64,000 nucleotides of DNA from Camelus ferus. Taxonomy: Eukaryota. The stretch is from NCBI RefSeq assembly GCF_009834535.1, contig NC_045696.1, positions 23,996,001-24,060,000 of the forward strand, in the 5' to 3' direction. Each line of letters opens with the position of its first letter. Position 1 is the stretch's first letter. Positions 1 through 13,579 of this stretch are shown piece after piece. Made by a program: the position numbers and the translations under genes. Below the pieces are notes generated by a model. It made no database searches. It saw nothing but the letters and a program-made list of their open reading frames with translations, and was not told the origin of the DNA.

Positions 1-1024
1 GGTTCCTAGAAAAAGGAAGCAGACCAAGCATATTGGATCTAAGGCATTTTACAAGATGTCTTTTTGTTTAAGCATATTATTTAGAAGAAAGATGAACTTT
101 GAATTATTCTATTCAATTATATTTTCTAGTATGCAAAATTTATTCCAGTCTTTCATGTTTATAAAGCAGTCTTGCCTAGATCATTGCAATGGCTTTCTCA
201 AACATATGTTCAAGAAATACTTGTACAACAGCCTGGTTCCTTTTAGTGAAAACAAAAACTACTACTGTGTGTGGTTTAGATCATAAGTATATGAAATAGA
301 TTATTTTTAAAACTTATTTTTATTCTAGGTCAAAATGCTCACTTAAGTAATCATGATTTGAGTACATATTAGAAAAGAAGAGACATTAGAACCAATGAAA
401 AGTTAAGTTTTCCCAATTCCCTTTGTTGGTTTGTTTAATTTTTTGTGTTTTTCGTTCCAATGGAAACTGATATTTGTAGAGGGCTCTAGAAACAACTCAT
501 TGCCAACCACAGATAAGATGAGATGCAGAGAAACTACCACAGAGAAATGCTCTGCAATTTCATGGTTATTCAGCTCCCACCAAAGAAAAAAAAATCTGAT
601 AAATTAAATTATTAATATCTAAGTCAGGGGTATGCAGGAAAGAGGAGGAAGCAATTCGGAAGGACAGGGAGAGGAGGACCAATTCTCATGGTTTTGGGGA
701 TCCATGGAATATTGATTGTCAGCCAGCTTTTCCGGTTTATGGGTATATGAGCCTACGGAACACTAGCAGATGGTCCAAGTGTTATAGATGGGGAAGAAAG
801 GAATTGAGCATGACTTAGAGGCAATTTAGCAGTATTGGAAAATACAAATGAGGCTTATACATTTTGACAAATAAAAGGAATTTTGTTGAGCCTAGTGATT
901 GTTGGAAACTGTGCATCTGAAATAGACAATTATTTAATATTTAATTTTATGTAAGGATACATTTTTAAGTCTCCTTACTTTTCAGTCTAATATTTGGTTA
1001 TGGAACTTTTGCATATGTAAAAAA

Positions 1025-1535
1025 CTATTCAGTGTTAGTAAGAAATGAGATATGAAGCCATGAAAAGACATGGGGAAGCCTTATATGCTTATTGCTAAGT
1101 TAAAGAAGCCAGTCTGAAAAGGCTACATACTGTATGGTTCCAACTATATGACATTCTGGGAAAGACAAAACTATAAAGACAATAAGGTCAGTGGTTGCCA
1201 GGTGTTCAAAGGGAGGGCAGGTAGAGCACAGGGAATTTTTAGGACGGTGAAATTATTCTGTATGAAACTAATGAATTCATGCCATTTTGCATTTGTCAAA
1301 GCCGTGGAACGCTACAACACAAAGTGTGAACCTTAATAAAAAACGATGGACTATAGTTAGTAATGCATCAATACTCATTTAACAGTAGCAAATATACTAC
1401 ACTAATGCAAGATGCTAATAACAAGGAAAATTGTGAGGGGTGGAAGGGGTAAAGGAATTCTTTGCATTATCTACTCAAATTATTCTGTAAATCTAAAACT
1501 GTACTAAAAATAAATCTATTGATTATTTTTAAAAA
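1025..1535 (+). mobile_element. Old L1 3' end (L1MC1/L1MC2-like), ORF2 C-terminus plus 3' UTR
   Basis: AAGCCATGAAAAGACATGG...GAAGCCAGTCTGAAAAGGCTACATACTGTATGGTTCCAACTATATGACATTCTGG...GTCAGTGGTTGCCAGG matches the L1MC 3' end. It ends in AAAAATAAATCTATT and an A-rich tail. Confidence 0.85.
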
Positions 1536-1629
1536 GTATTCTCATATGTTTAGTTCACATTATTTTTACTAAAATAAGAATTTGGGTTTTTCCTCCCAAG
1601 GAAAATCGACCCTTTTCCTTTATGGATTA

Positions 1630-1662
1630 AACACACACACAAACACATACACACACATACAT
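1630..1662. repeat. Imperfect (CA)n microsatellite
   Basis: acacacacacaaacacatacacacacatac is directly visible. Confidence 0.85.
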
Positions 1663-4499
1663 TTTGGTTTTCATCCTGAATATCAAAAACAACCATCAGG
1701 TATGTATTTGTTTTAACTATTCACTCAGGAATTCAGCTGATTACTGATTGTTTATAGAAAAATCACACACACAAAAATAAGATGACAATCTATGTGTAAT
1801 TTTAGTGAATCGTATATTGTCTTGGGCATTGAGTATCCACTAAGTAGAAAGCTGAGACTAACATAAGTTGGAAATTTTTCAAACATGTATCATCCCTGAA
1901 TTAACGGGGATTCCACAAAAAGGTTGACTTTGTATAAACTGTAGTTTCCTAGTAGCCGAGGTCAGAGAGAGAAAAAAGAAGCCTTTGAAACAGTACTTGT
2001 TCAATATTTAGAGTCCGTTGAGCCAGATGGCTGTGGAGACGACTGAAGCGCATTTCCCCTTTTGTCCTCTTTATATTATGGCTTCTGATTGTTCTTAACA
2101 GCCCCAGATGTGCCTTGTTTTAAACCTCTTTCTCTCCTCCTTCCTGACCTTACATCTTCTGTATTTCTTCTGGAAAATGTCTGTGGAATTGCCTTCCCAT
2201 ATTGTATTTGGGATTAAATCTTTAATGATGCATTTCCAAATGACCACATCCCTTTATTCCAAGGCTATAAAAATGTTTTCCATCTTTCCTAGACCTATTC
2301 TTACAAAGATCACCCATAATGGCTTAATTCATATTCTGAAAATAATTAAAATGAGGTCACCCTATTATAAACTAGTGCTGTGGTGTGTGTGATTTCACTC
2401 ACAGCAACCCGTTTCGAAAGTGATGTATCTTTTAAACTCTTGATTTTTAATTCATTGTTAAAATGTATTACATATGTCAGAATTTCCAAGACGGTTTTAA
2501 TTTTAAATATAGTATTTCCTTGATCACATACCATATCAGTAATACCCTTGAAGTTGTAATATTTTGGCAAATGCTGATAAAGTTATACAAGCCAGTAAGT
2601 ATTAAAATAAAAACATGCAAGTAGAACAACAAAAAAAATATTTAGCACCACAAAAAAGAGGAAGACGTATATTTTAGTTATAATATAATTAATTATATAT
2701 GTAATTATATAAGTAGTTATAAATATATATGTCATGCATCTGTAGATGCATGTCAAGGATTCATTACAAAATACTATAGCTTTTGAAATCTTGAGATTAT
2801 AAAAATAGTTTATATGTGTTCCAGCAAGGCAGCAATACACGGTGTTTAAGTAATCAAGTGGATATCACACAGCTTCATTCCAGTTACTGTTTTTATAGTT
2901 TGCTGTTCAAAATTGCAGAACTAGAAAGGTCTAATCTAATAAAAATGATCTGAAACGACAAGACAAAGAACAAGTTTAAAGAAATTTTGCAAGGAAAATA
3001 AGCATCTTTCTCTAAAGAGATACAGTTGTGTTCCCATTTTACACCTGATATGCGAGATAAGCGATGCTCGTGCTGGAAATCTGACACCAGTTTTTATGCT
3101 GTTCTTCCCACTAAAGGAGCAGCATTTGCCTCTCAAGTTTGTGGCTTCCAGGACTTTTACCAACAAGACTTTTTAAAAATATTTATCTATGAAAGATAAT
3201 CCTCTTAATGTGAGGTTTTGTTTAAAGAAAAGTACAATTGCATATCATCCTCTGAAAAAACAGTTTCAGATTTAAGCATGTACCTCTAATCGTATTTTTT
3301 TTTCCATTACTTGAAGCTAAAAGTCCACGAGCACAAACAAAAGCAAAACAACAGTGAAAAAGTCATTGCTTCCAAAGCACAGGAGGTTTTTCCAATCAGT
3401 AACAGACACAACCTCTCATCTCATTCTTACGACTGGTTTGTCTATCTCCATGTGCAACGTCATCTTTAGACGAAGTTAGCACCTACTTAAGTGGAGGTGA
3501 AACACTTAAACAGCAAAACCGTGGCAGGACCCTGGGCATTTGAAACTAGTAGTGGTGGAGGAGGAGGGGTTGAGGAAGCAGGTGACGGTGATGGTGTGAC
3601 ATGAACATTAACAAAGACAGTCTAAGATACTAGCATAAGGATGGCCCTCAGGAACTCAGAATATAGCCGGAGAGGAAAAATGCAAAATTGTAGCTGCCTG
3701 GAAAGTGGGAAAAGTTCAGGCAACAAAGAAAGTTTTTTTTTTTTTTTTTAATTAGAAACTGAGTGTACAAGGAGTAAGCCAGCATGAAAATTCACACTGA
3801 CTAACGCTCGAATTCCAACATTTAAGGATGTTTTCAAGTGTTCATTCAGTGCATCCCAGAGGCCATTTTTATATTGACTAAGAACTCTGGGGAACCAGAC
3901 AAGCCACAGGATGCCCAATGAAACCAAGTCACCTCTCTATAACATAGAGAAATTAATAGTGGCTTGCCGAGATATATTTGATAAAGGAAGGGCATGTGCT
4001 TACTGAATGAGCGAAGTTCTTCAAGAAAGTACAAAAGAACAATACGACAGCTCTTTCAATTTCGCAGTGGACAGGCCATGTCTGAGAAAGCCCATCACAG
4101 GCACACACCCTTCAGAAGAGAAGCCCCTCTCTGGTGTCACTGCTCCTGCAGGAGCTCTGTTTTCCAGACCCCAGACACCTGTTCACCCCACCACTGCTGC
4201 CTGGATCAGGTCAGGGCACCAAACACAAGGCTGGCAAGAAATGACAGTACAGCCTGAAGAGGAAAAGGACCTGACCCAAGACGTCCTCTCAGAATAGGCA
4301 CTGGAAAGGACTGAGTAACTGAGCAGGTTAAACACGGGAGTTACAGCAGCAAAGGTGTAATGGAGACATAGGCCATGTTTCGGAGGGCATGATGGGATAT
4401 GCCTGAGGTAAAGTTGTTGTGGAGAAGAAAACAGTGGACTCTGAGAAGGTCATTGAGCCGGGGTGAGTAACGCAGAATGCCTGCAGAGAATGAGAATGG

Positions 4500-4732
4500 T
4501 GGCTTCTCTATAGTATTGTGAACACATTTGCTATAAACATCGGAGTGCATGCTTTTGTGTGCACACGAGTGTTCACCTCCTTTGAGGTAAATACCAATGA
4601 GCTCGGTTGCTAGATTGTGTGGTTAAGAGTATGTTTAGTTTAGTTCTAAGTGAATTCCAACTGTTTTCCAAAGTGTCTGGACCATTTTGCTTTCCCATCA
4701 GCAGTGAATGAGAGTCCTGTGCTCCGCATCAC
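4500..4732 (-). mobile_element. Old L1 (L1M) ORF2 3' fragment
   Basis: GCTATAAACATC...GTAAATACC...CCAACTGTTTTCCAAAGTG...CCATTTTGCTTTCCCATCAGCAGTGAATGAGAGT is the typical antisense signature of the L1 ORF2 C-terminal region. Confidence 0.8.
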
Positions 4733-7700
4733 GTTTGATGCTTCATTGTTTCTATACGAAAATAAATTAGAGTGTTTTGTGCAAAGATAGTGTATGTGCC
4801 TTTGAAACTTCTAGTTGAGATTTTAAAGAGACTGTCGACTTAATGGCACAAATCTTTGGGAATTTATCCCCAATCCTAGTGGTAACAGATTCACTTGATC
4901 CTGTCGTTAGAGGTGATTTGATGGAAAAGATGGAGAAGATGAGCCACGTTGAACAACACCCTCTCACTCCATGGCCTCGTGGGCTGAGGAGATGCGGACC
5001 ACAACACTGGTCAGAGTTCTGAATGTTTTAGTGACTGACTGGCTTTTTACCTGTTCATGTGGACTCTAAACTTTACTGGTCTGTTTCTAACCATAAGTAT
5101 AAAAACCTCAACCAAAACCCACACCTGAGGGTTACTTTCAGGATTTTCTGCCCTCCAGCTTATAACCAATAGGAAACATCAACCAAGAAGCAGTTTCAGC
5201 ATTTCACTCCTCCCGGCGTTCTAAGTTCTACCTTTGGATCAGGACCTAACACACTCTGGCATCTTATTCACTGGGTCCTTCTCAAACCTGTCTTCTTCCC
5301 TGATGTTCTAATGCTATGCTTTTGACTTTTATGGAAGGCCTTTACAGGAAAGAGCCACATGAGGCCCATTTCTGCATTTGCTGTGAAATTGGTATAAGGA
5401 CATTGTCCCTTAAATGACTCAATGTTCCCTAAGACCCACATGAGGACTTGTTCTGAGTTTAGTACCAGGAAAAAAAAATGTGCCTTCTTTGAGAAAGTAG
5501 TAAATTTTCTTCTTTTCTGTTGGTGAGTTATGAAACCCACTGTGTTTCCTTTTTTTTTTTTAAATTCTGTCTTGACTGCCAAAAACACACACAGCCAGTT
5601 TTTCTGATCAGTGGTACCCGCTGGGTTGGCCTTTGTAGTTGGCCTGTTTGGTTCTTCCTTTTTTTCTTAATCTTCTTTCTTCTAATTTATTCTAATAATA
5701 TTATTGTAGAGAACTTTTTAATGTAAATCTGCTAAAATCTATCTTAGAAAAAAGGTTGGGCACACCCAAATAAAACTTACAAATATATTGCTTTACTTGA
5801 CACAGATTTTTTTATGGTATTTTCTATTTTGTTTTATAAAATGCTATTAAAGTCAATATAGGATAAATACCTTGTTAAATGTATGTTATGTGTGATTTAA
5901 TTATATGCCTTTGGTACAATTGTATAATGTTATAAATCAGGAAGAAAAACCTCAGGAATATAATCACTATAGCCATAGAGAAAATCAATACATTCATTCA
6001 TCACATTAGTAAAGACCTGAATTCATTCAACACATGTTTAATAGTGTCAAATTTGTGATCACTTTGGGGAATAAAAACTTGCTTTAAAAACATGGATTAT
6101 CCTCAAGAAATTTATGGTTTGGCAATTAAGAGTCAATGTGCTTACCAATCTTACTTAAAAACAAGAATGAAGTACACACCACAATGCCAGGATTTTTTTT
6201 TAAATGAAATTGGAAAAAAAAAAAAAGTCTTGTAAAGATAAAATAAAATTTTGTTATGGAAGAATTTTGCTATGAAGAGAAGGAAAACTTCACCAAAATA
6301 ATTAATAGTTAAGCTTCCCTCAAACTGAAAAGGATTATGGGAAGTAAACAAATGAAGCATGAATTTATTATGACCTGCAAGTAACTATGAAGGTATGATT
6401 TCTTTTATTTTAATGTGAACAATATTTCTTTGAAATACACTTTCTTACAGGCAGAAGGAGTTACTGACTGCTATATGTGGGCTGACAATATAAACATTTT
6501 ATTGTGTCCTAAACCCTCACACAGGAAGTAGGGTTATGGGAATATTTTCACAGCTTGCCGTTGGCCTTTCAAGAATCAAGGGTTGAAGGTTGCTACAATC
6601 ATTTGCTTTTCATAGTCTGCTTGTCTTTTTTCATGAGGTGAATAATGCAAGAGTCTGCAAACCTACGCTGGGTGGGGGTTTTGCCTAGAGATCTGTTTAG
6701 ATTAGTTACCAAGCTTCCCAGCTTGTGGTCATTGAAGGTCACTTGGTTGATAGCTAAAATTTCAATTGGAACCTTGTCATATAATCAGGATTTAAAGCCC
6801 AGCTGAGACTTTGTCTCTCCTGTGAAAGGGGAGGTTGTTTTATGATTAGCTTCAGAATGTTAAATTAGGTGTTGGCAATTATGAGCCATTTTTGTAGTTT
6901 AAATCGCACAATGGAAACACCTGTCCAGAATAGCAAAGGAAGGCATGCCTTAAAAAAAAAAAAAAAAAAGTCTGATTCTATTATGCATGAATAGTCCTGC
7001 TTTTATTATCAAACTCTAGAAGCAACGTTTAACCACTCTTGAGAAAGAATAATTTGATATCCTTTAATAATGATTCTCAGGAACAAGCACCTTATTAAAG
7101 ATATCTTTGTATGTGGGATAGGGACATAACTTGCATAAAGAGTCCATTTTTTAAATGACTGAAATTCTTTTCAAATTTATTTTCAAAAAATTTTTCCCCA
7201 TTCCAGTAGTACTTGTGTTCTTAAAACAAATATATTGATGACCTATAAAACCATGCCCTAAAATCAGCAAGGTATAATAAATTCGTCTGTTATTATTGTC
7301 ATATGGATTCAGTACCTTTGGGTATGAGAATTGAACAAAAGGATGATTGAAAGTATAAGACAGAAACTGAATAAACTTCAAAATCACTAAAGTTCTTCTG
7401 AGAAAAATAATACATCAATTTCTGCCCCTTCACATAATGCACTGGGATAGGGGGTTGGCTCAGAAAGGAAACAGAGATTATTTACGTATAAAATAGAAAA
7501 ACCACCTTTGTATCTGGCAGTGATTCCATATGGAGTTATACTGAAGCATTGAAACAAAATTTCTGAACAATATCAAGATCACACAATGAGTGAATATTTC
7601 TTACAGGATTGGAAAGCCTGTAATAACATTTTCCCCCCAAATTTCCTAGTTGAGATTTACCTGGATTAAAACATAATACTACTTACGTATATATTATAAT

Positions 7701-7759
7701 ATGTTTATATATATATATATATAAAATACATACTGAATTCACCTTTTCACCTAAAATAA

Positions 7760-8895
7760 CCCCCAAAAGGGGCAAATATTTGAAACAATGGCTTTCAAGA
7801 CCCTAAACATCAGGCAACAAAAGAAGCGACCCTCAAGAGATGATTGTCTCCAGATTACTGCTTTGAGAGAGTTTCCAGGCTGCAGTACTGGGAAGGGGGA
7901 CTGAGAAGGAGCCTGGCAGACTCCCTAAGATAGAGAGACAGAGCTGTGAGTCTGGGGAGACCAAGGCAGCGAGCATTCACTAAACAGAGTACTGGAGACA
8001 AGAGAAATGCACTAAGAAACAAATGCAGAAATCTGCTGAGAGTTCTTCTCAGACAGCATTCAACAAAGTACTGATCAGCACAGGCACATGAGGAAGCTGC
8101 CTGAGGCTAGGAAAAGAATCATCTGAAAAAATTAGGACAATGTCCAGTGCTCACACAGGGTCTGGAATGCACACGTTTCCATCAGCCACACTGGAAATCC
8201 TCGTAATTTGCAGGCATTGGGTAAAACACTCAGAAGGATCTTTTCTCAGTAGTGGAGAATAATTAGTCCTAATAAATATTACTGTAGTCCCACTTAACAA
8301 GCCTTAAAAGCAAGACCTACAAATGTAAAAATGTTTCCAACTAATGTAACCACATCCCAGAACAAAATTCAAGAACATTTATAGGAATACAAAAATAGCC
8401 AGCATCAAACACAGTAAAATCCACAATGTCTGGCCACCAACCAAAGATGACCAGCATACAAAGAAGTGTGAAAATAGAACTAACATGAAATTCAATCAAT
8501 TAGCTAAAACTGACACAGAACTGATGGCAGATGTTAGAATTAATAGACGAGGGTATTAAAAAGTTATGATTATATTCCATATGTTCAAAATGTTAAGTAG
8601 AGACCTAAAAGATATAAAAATATCCAAATTGAATGCCTAGAGATCTTCTCTAGAAAACTGCCATGTATGAGATGAAAAATACACTGGATGAGATTTAATG
8701 CAGATTAGATGCTACAGAAGAAAAGAATAGTGAACTTGGAGACACAGCAATAGAGACTATTAAAATGAAACAAAGGGAAAAAAATTTAGAAAAAAGTAAA
8801 CAGAGGATCAGTGAGCTATAGAACAACTTACCAAATTACATATTTTATATATGTGCAGTTTATTGTGTGTGAGAGATATATCTAGCTGTTTACAA
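7760..8895 (+). mobile_element. Old L1 (L1MD/L1MC-like) 5' UTR and start of ORF1 joined directly to an L1 3' terminus
   Basis: 5' UTR-type motifs (GAGAGAGTTTCCAGGCTGCAG, CACAATGTCTGGCCACCAACCAAAGATGACCAGCATAC) are followed by ORF1 coiled-coil codons (AATACACTGGATGAGATTTAATGCAGATTAGATGCTACAGAAGAAAAG). Then comes ATATGTGCAGTTTATTGTG...AGCTGTTT, typical of the L1MD 3' end. Confidence 0.75.
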
Positions 8896-11284
8896 ATGTG
8901 AAAAATGATAAATACCCTCAGGAATTTATAATCTAGTCATTAAGTCAGGGGAAATTTATAGACAACATGATACATAGCAGCACAGACTAGAAGCATCCTT
9001 ACAAAAATCAATCTAAGTTAGCAGTTTAAGGTAATAAATACATGCACTCAGAACAATTCTTACTAATAAAATTAAAGAATATTTTTCCATATAGAAAACA
9101 TTTTTAGCATCTTATATTTTTTAATATCTTAAACTTTTCTGCATATGATAACAAATCTAATGTTACTGAAATAGCATTTGAAATAACCTCTTTTAACCTT
9201 TACAGAATACATTATCTCAATTCACTTTTTCAACATACAATTAATTTTTTTTAGAGATACAACTTTTGAGTCGATTTAATTGCCAAAATAACTACCTAGG
9301 AAATGGAAATAACCTTCAATTACGAACTGCGATCAAAGAGAGCTTTTTCATTTTTCACATTGTTTCATGAAATGACTTTCACTCCCCCCTTCACCTTTTA
9401 AGTAACTTTGACATAACATTTCATTTTTCATTACTGATAAAATACTTCCAGTTGAATATGGTTTAATGAGACAAACCTGTTTGGCCAATTTTAACACAAA
9501 TAGATTTATGTTTGGGGAAAAAGTGCAGCCAGGTGCTAAAAGGGAACTCTACGGTCTTGATGTTGTGTGAAAATTTTGTTTGAATGCTTCAGTCCAACTC
9601 CATATGACAACATAGCCAGGTATGAAGGTGGTTTCCTAAAGCTGATTTGTAAGTCAATGGCAAAGGGACATCTGCCATTAATTCAATGGTAACGCATGGA
9701 TATTTCTTACAGCATTGGAAAGCCCAGAATATCTCATTCTTACCCCATTCTCAAAAGGCCTTGCCTAATTGCTCCATGAAGAAATTAGTTCAGACAGAAG
9801 ATGAAAAAAAAGTAAAGTGGATAGAGAACAGAAGCTGTAGAATATCAATTAAAAGTACCCATCTCTGATAAATGTTTTTTTGGAAAACTAAACAGAATCT
9901 TATTTACCTCCTCCATTCTAAGAGTCCATCAACTGAATAACACACCATCATTTTCAAGACAATTTGTAGATTACACGGTCATAGAGTTTGTAAGTTGAAT
10001 CTCAATTTCAGAAACATTTGTCTTTAAATCAAGGAAATGTGCTATTTTATCATAAATAATCAGAATTTTAAAATTTAAATATATCTAAAAATATATATAT
10101 GAAAACAGCACACACATTAACAATTGAACAACAATTGATAGTGAAAAATCAGTTTTGATTTAACTCATTTCTGTGGATAAATTTAAAGAAACTTTCAAAC
10201 ATACATGATTTCACACCTAAACTTTTTTTTTTTTTTTTTTTTTTACTTCTAGCTCTTGACACATATTTTAGAAATTTTATGGCCATAGTACCAAAGGAGG
10301 AATGAGTTTTTGTAGCCAGGAGAAGTTTGGTTATTATTTGATGTATTTTATTTTCAATTTACCTTTAAATAATTGTCTACCTATATTTCATTCTGTCTGG
10401 ATGCTCCCTAACTCCCCTTCACATGTTTAGCTGAGAGTTCATCTTAAACTGCATCGTGAGATTGCAAGGTAGTCTGTTCAGAAAAGTAAAAGAAGGAACA
10501 GGATTTAAACTGATACTTCTTTCATTAAAATCTGTTCTCAATCAACAATCAGCTAGTCAATAATTACTCACTGGAACTTAACACATGCAAAATATTTCAT
10601 TACACTTTCATCAAATGTAGAAACACAACAGAGCACCAAATTACTCAAAAATCTCTAAACTGGCATTATTAACCCATTGCACGTGAACATTGGCGTTATT
10701 TTCTTTTCTTAAATAAATGATGTCAATGTCATTGGCTATGTAACCAAAAATCTAGAGAGTAAAAACATCTTTCAGACTAGAGAAATGAAATGAGAAGGTG
10801 AGGCTCCCAGGAGCACTTGGTAAAGAGAGAGTCTATGAAGAAGGAGGTTTTAATCTCCATCTGGCTAAGAAAACCTGGACGTAACTCACTCAGTAGTCAG
10901 ACGGGGTGGCCTAGAGTGCGGCAAGAAGCTGCGGGAGAGTAGTGCCCTCCCCACCCATTCATTTCCAGGACCAGACGTGCCTGCTCTGCCTGTTTTCTTT
11001 GTTCATTAAAAAGTCTCTTCATTTCCTCCTCTTCTGTTTTCTTGTTTGGTTCCCATCAGTGCTTCACTTCACACTAATTGCAGTTCCTATGAACTTCCTC
11101 TGAAGTAGTTGGTGCATGTAATTTGGGAGAGAGCTCCTAAATTCTTAATGCTTGGATTGATTTCAAGTTTCTCATTAGCTGACCGTAAGAGTTAGAACAC
11201 ACCAGGGATTCAAAGCTTTGGGAGGATCTCCACCATCAATCTTGAGTTTGAAGGACAAGCTAAAGCCTGGTAACAATGCTTATT

Positions 11285-11405
11285 TTCTTTTTCCTTCCTT
11301 CCTCCCTCCCTTCCTCCCTCCCTTCCTCCCTCCCTTTCTTTCTTTCTTTCTTTTTCTTTTTCTTTCTCTCTTTCTTTTTTTCTTTCTTTTCTTTCTTCTT
11401 TCGGT

Positions 11406-11437
<32 letters not shown>

Positions 11438-11459
11438 TCCTTTCTTTTGCTTTCTTTTT

Positions 11460-11509
<50 letters not shown>

Positions 11510-11552
11510 TTTCTTTTCTTTCTTTCCTTTCTTTTCTTTTCTTTTTTCTTTC
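11285..11552. repeat. Compound polypyrimidine microsatellite (CCTT/CCCT)n-(CTTT)n
   Basis: About 270 bp of almost pure C/T on the + strand. It explains the four overlapping low-complexity ORFs. Confidence 0.95.
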
Positions 11553-11699
11553 CTTGCTGTTTTGAGAAATTCTTCTGGGTTCATGTATACAAAATTCTGT
11601 GTGTTTGTGCATTTTTCTGGGAAGACATTTCATAGCTTGCATCCATCTCTTAAAGATGTTTTGATCTGCCCCTTCCAAGGGATGAAACCATGGTTCTAT

Positions 11700-11980
11700 G
11701 TACTTAATTCACTCAAATAACATTTATGAAGACGGTAGTATTTGCTTAAAATTATGTTAAATATTAAAGAGGAGAGATGAGTAATAGCTCCTTTCCTGAA
11801 GGAGTTTATGGGGCCAGACACTGAAACCAATCACCACAGTCCAGTGCAGCAAATTCTGTAATAAAAGTAGCTAATTGTCCTTTAAGCACAGAGAAAGGAG
11901 AAACTGAGTCTAAGGGAGGTTAGGAAGGAGTTACCCAATTTGGGACATTGTTCTTTGGTCTTGAAGCCTGAGGAAAAAAA
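11700..11980 (-). mobile_element. L2 3' end fragment
   Basis: ATTCACTCAAATAACATTTATGAAG...CCTGAAGGAGTTTATGG fits the antisense L2 tail pattern. Confidence 0.6.
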
Positions 11981-12799
11981 GAGCTACTACTGCTCCATCT
12001 CCTGGCTCATTGGTGGATCAGCCACGTTGGGGGTTTAGAGCCTGACAATTCTAGTCTCTCACCAGCGCTTTTTTTTTTTTTTATAGTATTTATTTGTGTC
12101 TGAAGTGAACGTATGTATTTAGCATTTTCAACTGCAATGCAGAGTTCTTTGGTGGGGGGGTAAATGACGTTCTCAAAAATGTAAAACTGTTGTTTCATTA
12201 GAAGACATTGCATTGATTCTAAGAAAACTAGTAAACCTAAACTTAACCCTCACCAGCCCTTTAGCGGGATGTAGCCCAAGCTATAACTGGCTCCAGAGAG
12301 TTTGGCTTTGCCTTTCTCAGTCTCCCCGACCTCTTAGTTATTTCTGAGTTTACCAGGACGCCCTTCTACTTGCTTTTTGAAACCACTCTGCCTGGGCATT
12401 CCTCTGGGCTCTGCTCATTTTGTCCTTGGGCTTTTGCTCTGCTGCTGGTGACCCTCAGAAAGTCTCTGTTCTGTTGGGATGGCTGGTGCTTCCTCTATTC
12501 AGAGCCCAGGGGTCCAGGTCCTGGCACATCCCCTCTCTTGTTAGTGGGACGATGCACGGCCATGTGTGGCCAGAGGAATCCATACTCCCCAGAAGATGGT
12601 TGTTCCAAAAGCTGTCATTTCCCCGATCTGACGTTCCTGCTACTCCTGCTGCTGGCAGCGGACGGGCCAAGCTCTGTGAGTGCAGCTCCAAGTCTGCTTC
12701 TCCACACCCGGTGGGATTAGACATCACTGATCTTCCTTCACGTCTCTGTGGCCGGTTCTGCACACACACACCCAGCTCTGCGCTCTCCTTCTAACTGCT

Positions 12800-13170
12800 C
12801 GCACCTGCAGCTTTCTCCGAGGAAAGTTCTTTGGCTTCTGAAGCTGAGCTGGAAGTATCTGAAGTTTGCAAATCCTCATTCCTGCCACCTTCACCCAGCA
12901 GGCAGCCAGTGACTGCCTGCTACTGCAGGTAGACCAGATGCCAGCTCCCTGGCCTCCGGACAGGATAGCGGCCACAGTGCAGCTCACCCTCCAGGGCCGC
13001 CCACAGGGTCAAGCCCAGGCTAGGACTTCACCTCAAACTATACACTTGCTTGGCTTTTCCCCATCACATATCCTGCTTTTCCTGTGCCCTTTCCAATTTC
13101 CTCTTAACAAACCACTTTCACACGTATCCTCTCACATCAGACTTTGTGTTGTTGAAACCCAACCCAGAAA
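12800..13170 (+). mobile_element. ERVL solo LTR fragment (LTR16-family-like)
   Basis: GGCTAGGACTTCACCTCAAAC...CTTGCTTGGCTTTTCCCC...AACAAACCACTTTCACACGTATCC...GAAACCCAACCCAGAAAA resembles the LTR16 U3/R/U5 end (...GAACCYAACCTAAGACA). Confidence 0.65.
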
Positions 13171-13579
13171 ACCAGGTCAGTCCCATCACGGGAAGTCCCT
13201 GGACTGGAGACAACAAGATGTCTCTCCAGCCTTCAGTTCAAAGACGTATCTTGTTGCTAACTCCATATTGAAGAAGTTCCCAGGATATTTGACAATGGTC
13301 ACTTTTTTCCCCCCAGTTGAGTCTCTCAGGGTGTGGCCTTGCCTCAGGGCAGCAGCAAGGTCATCTCAGAATAACTAGATATTCGTGTTTTTCAAGATCT
13401 GAATTATACAACCTCATCAATGGTCATGAAACTTTTTTTTTCAGAGTTTGCTCTAGGGTGGAGGGGAGACATGACTGGTACACAAATATCTCTCTCCCAG
13501 AAGCAGAGATTGGGGTGAGAATTCCCATGTGGCTGGAGAGGGGACTACGCAGCCATGAATAGAAGATGGGAGTCCAGAT

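Noticed and set aside
11210..11678. Four 115-132 aa ORFs (K/E/R-rich or F/L/S-rich)
   Set aside because: They are artefacts of the stop-free (CTTT)n microsatellite.
12866..13378. 170-aa ORF and neighbouring GC-richer ORFs
   Set aside because: It largely overlaps an ERVL LTR16-like element, has a non-ATG start and shows no recognisable domain.
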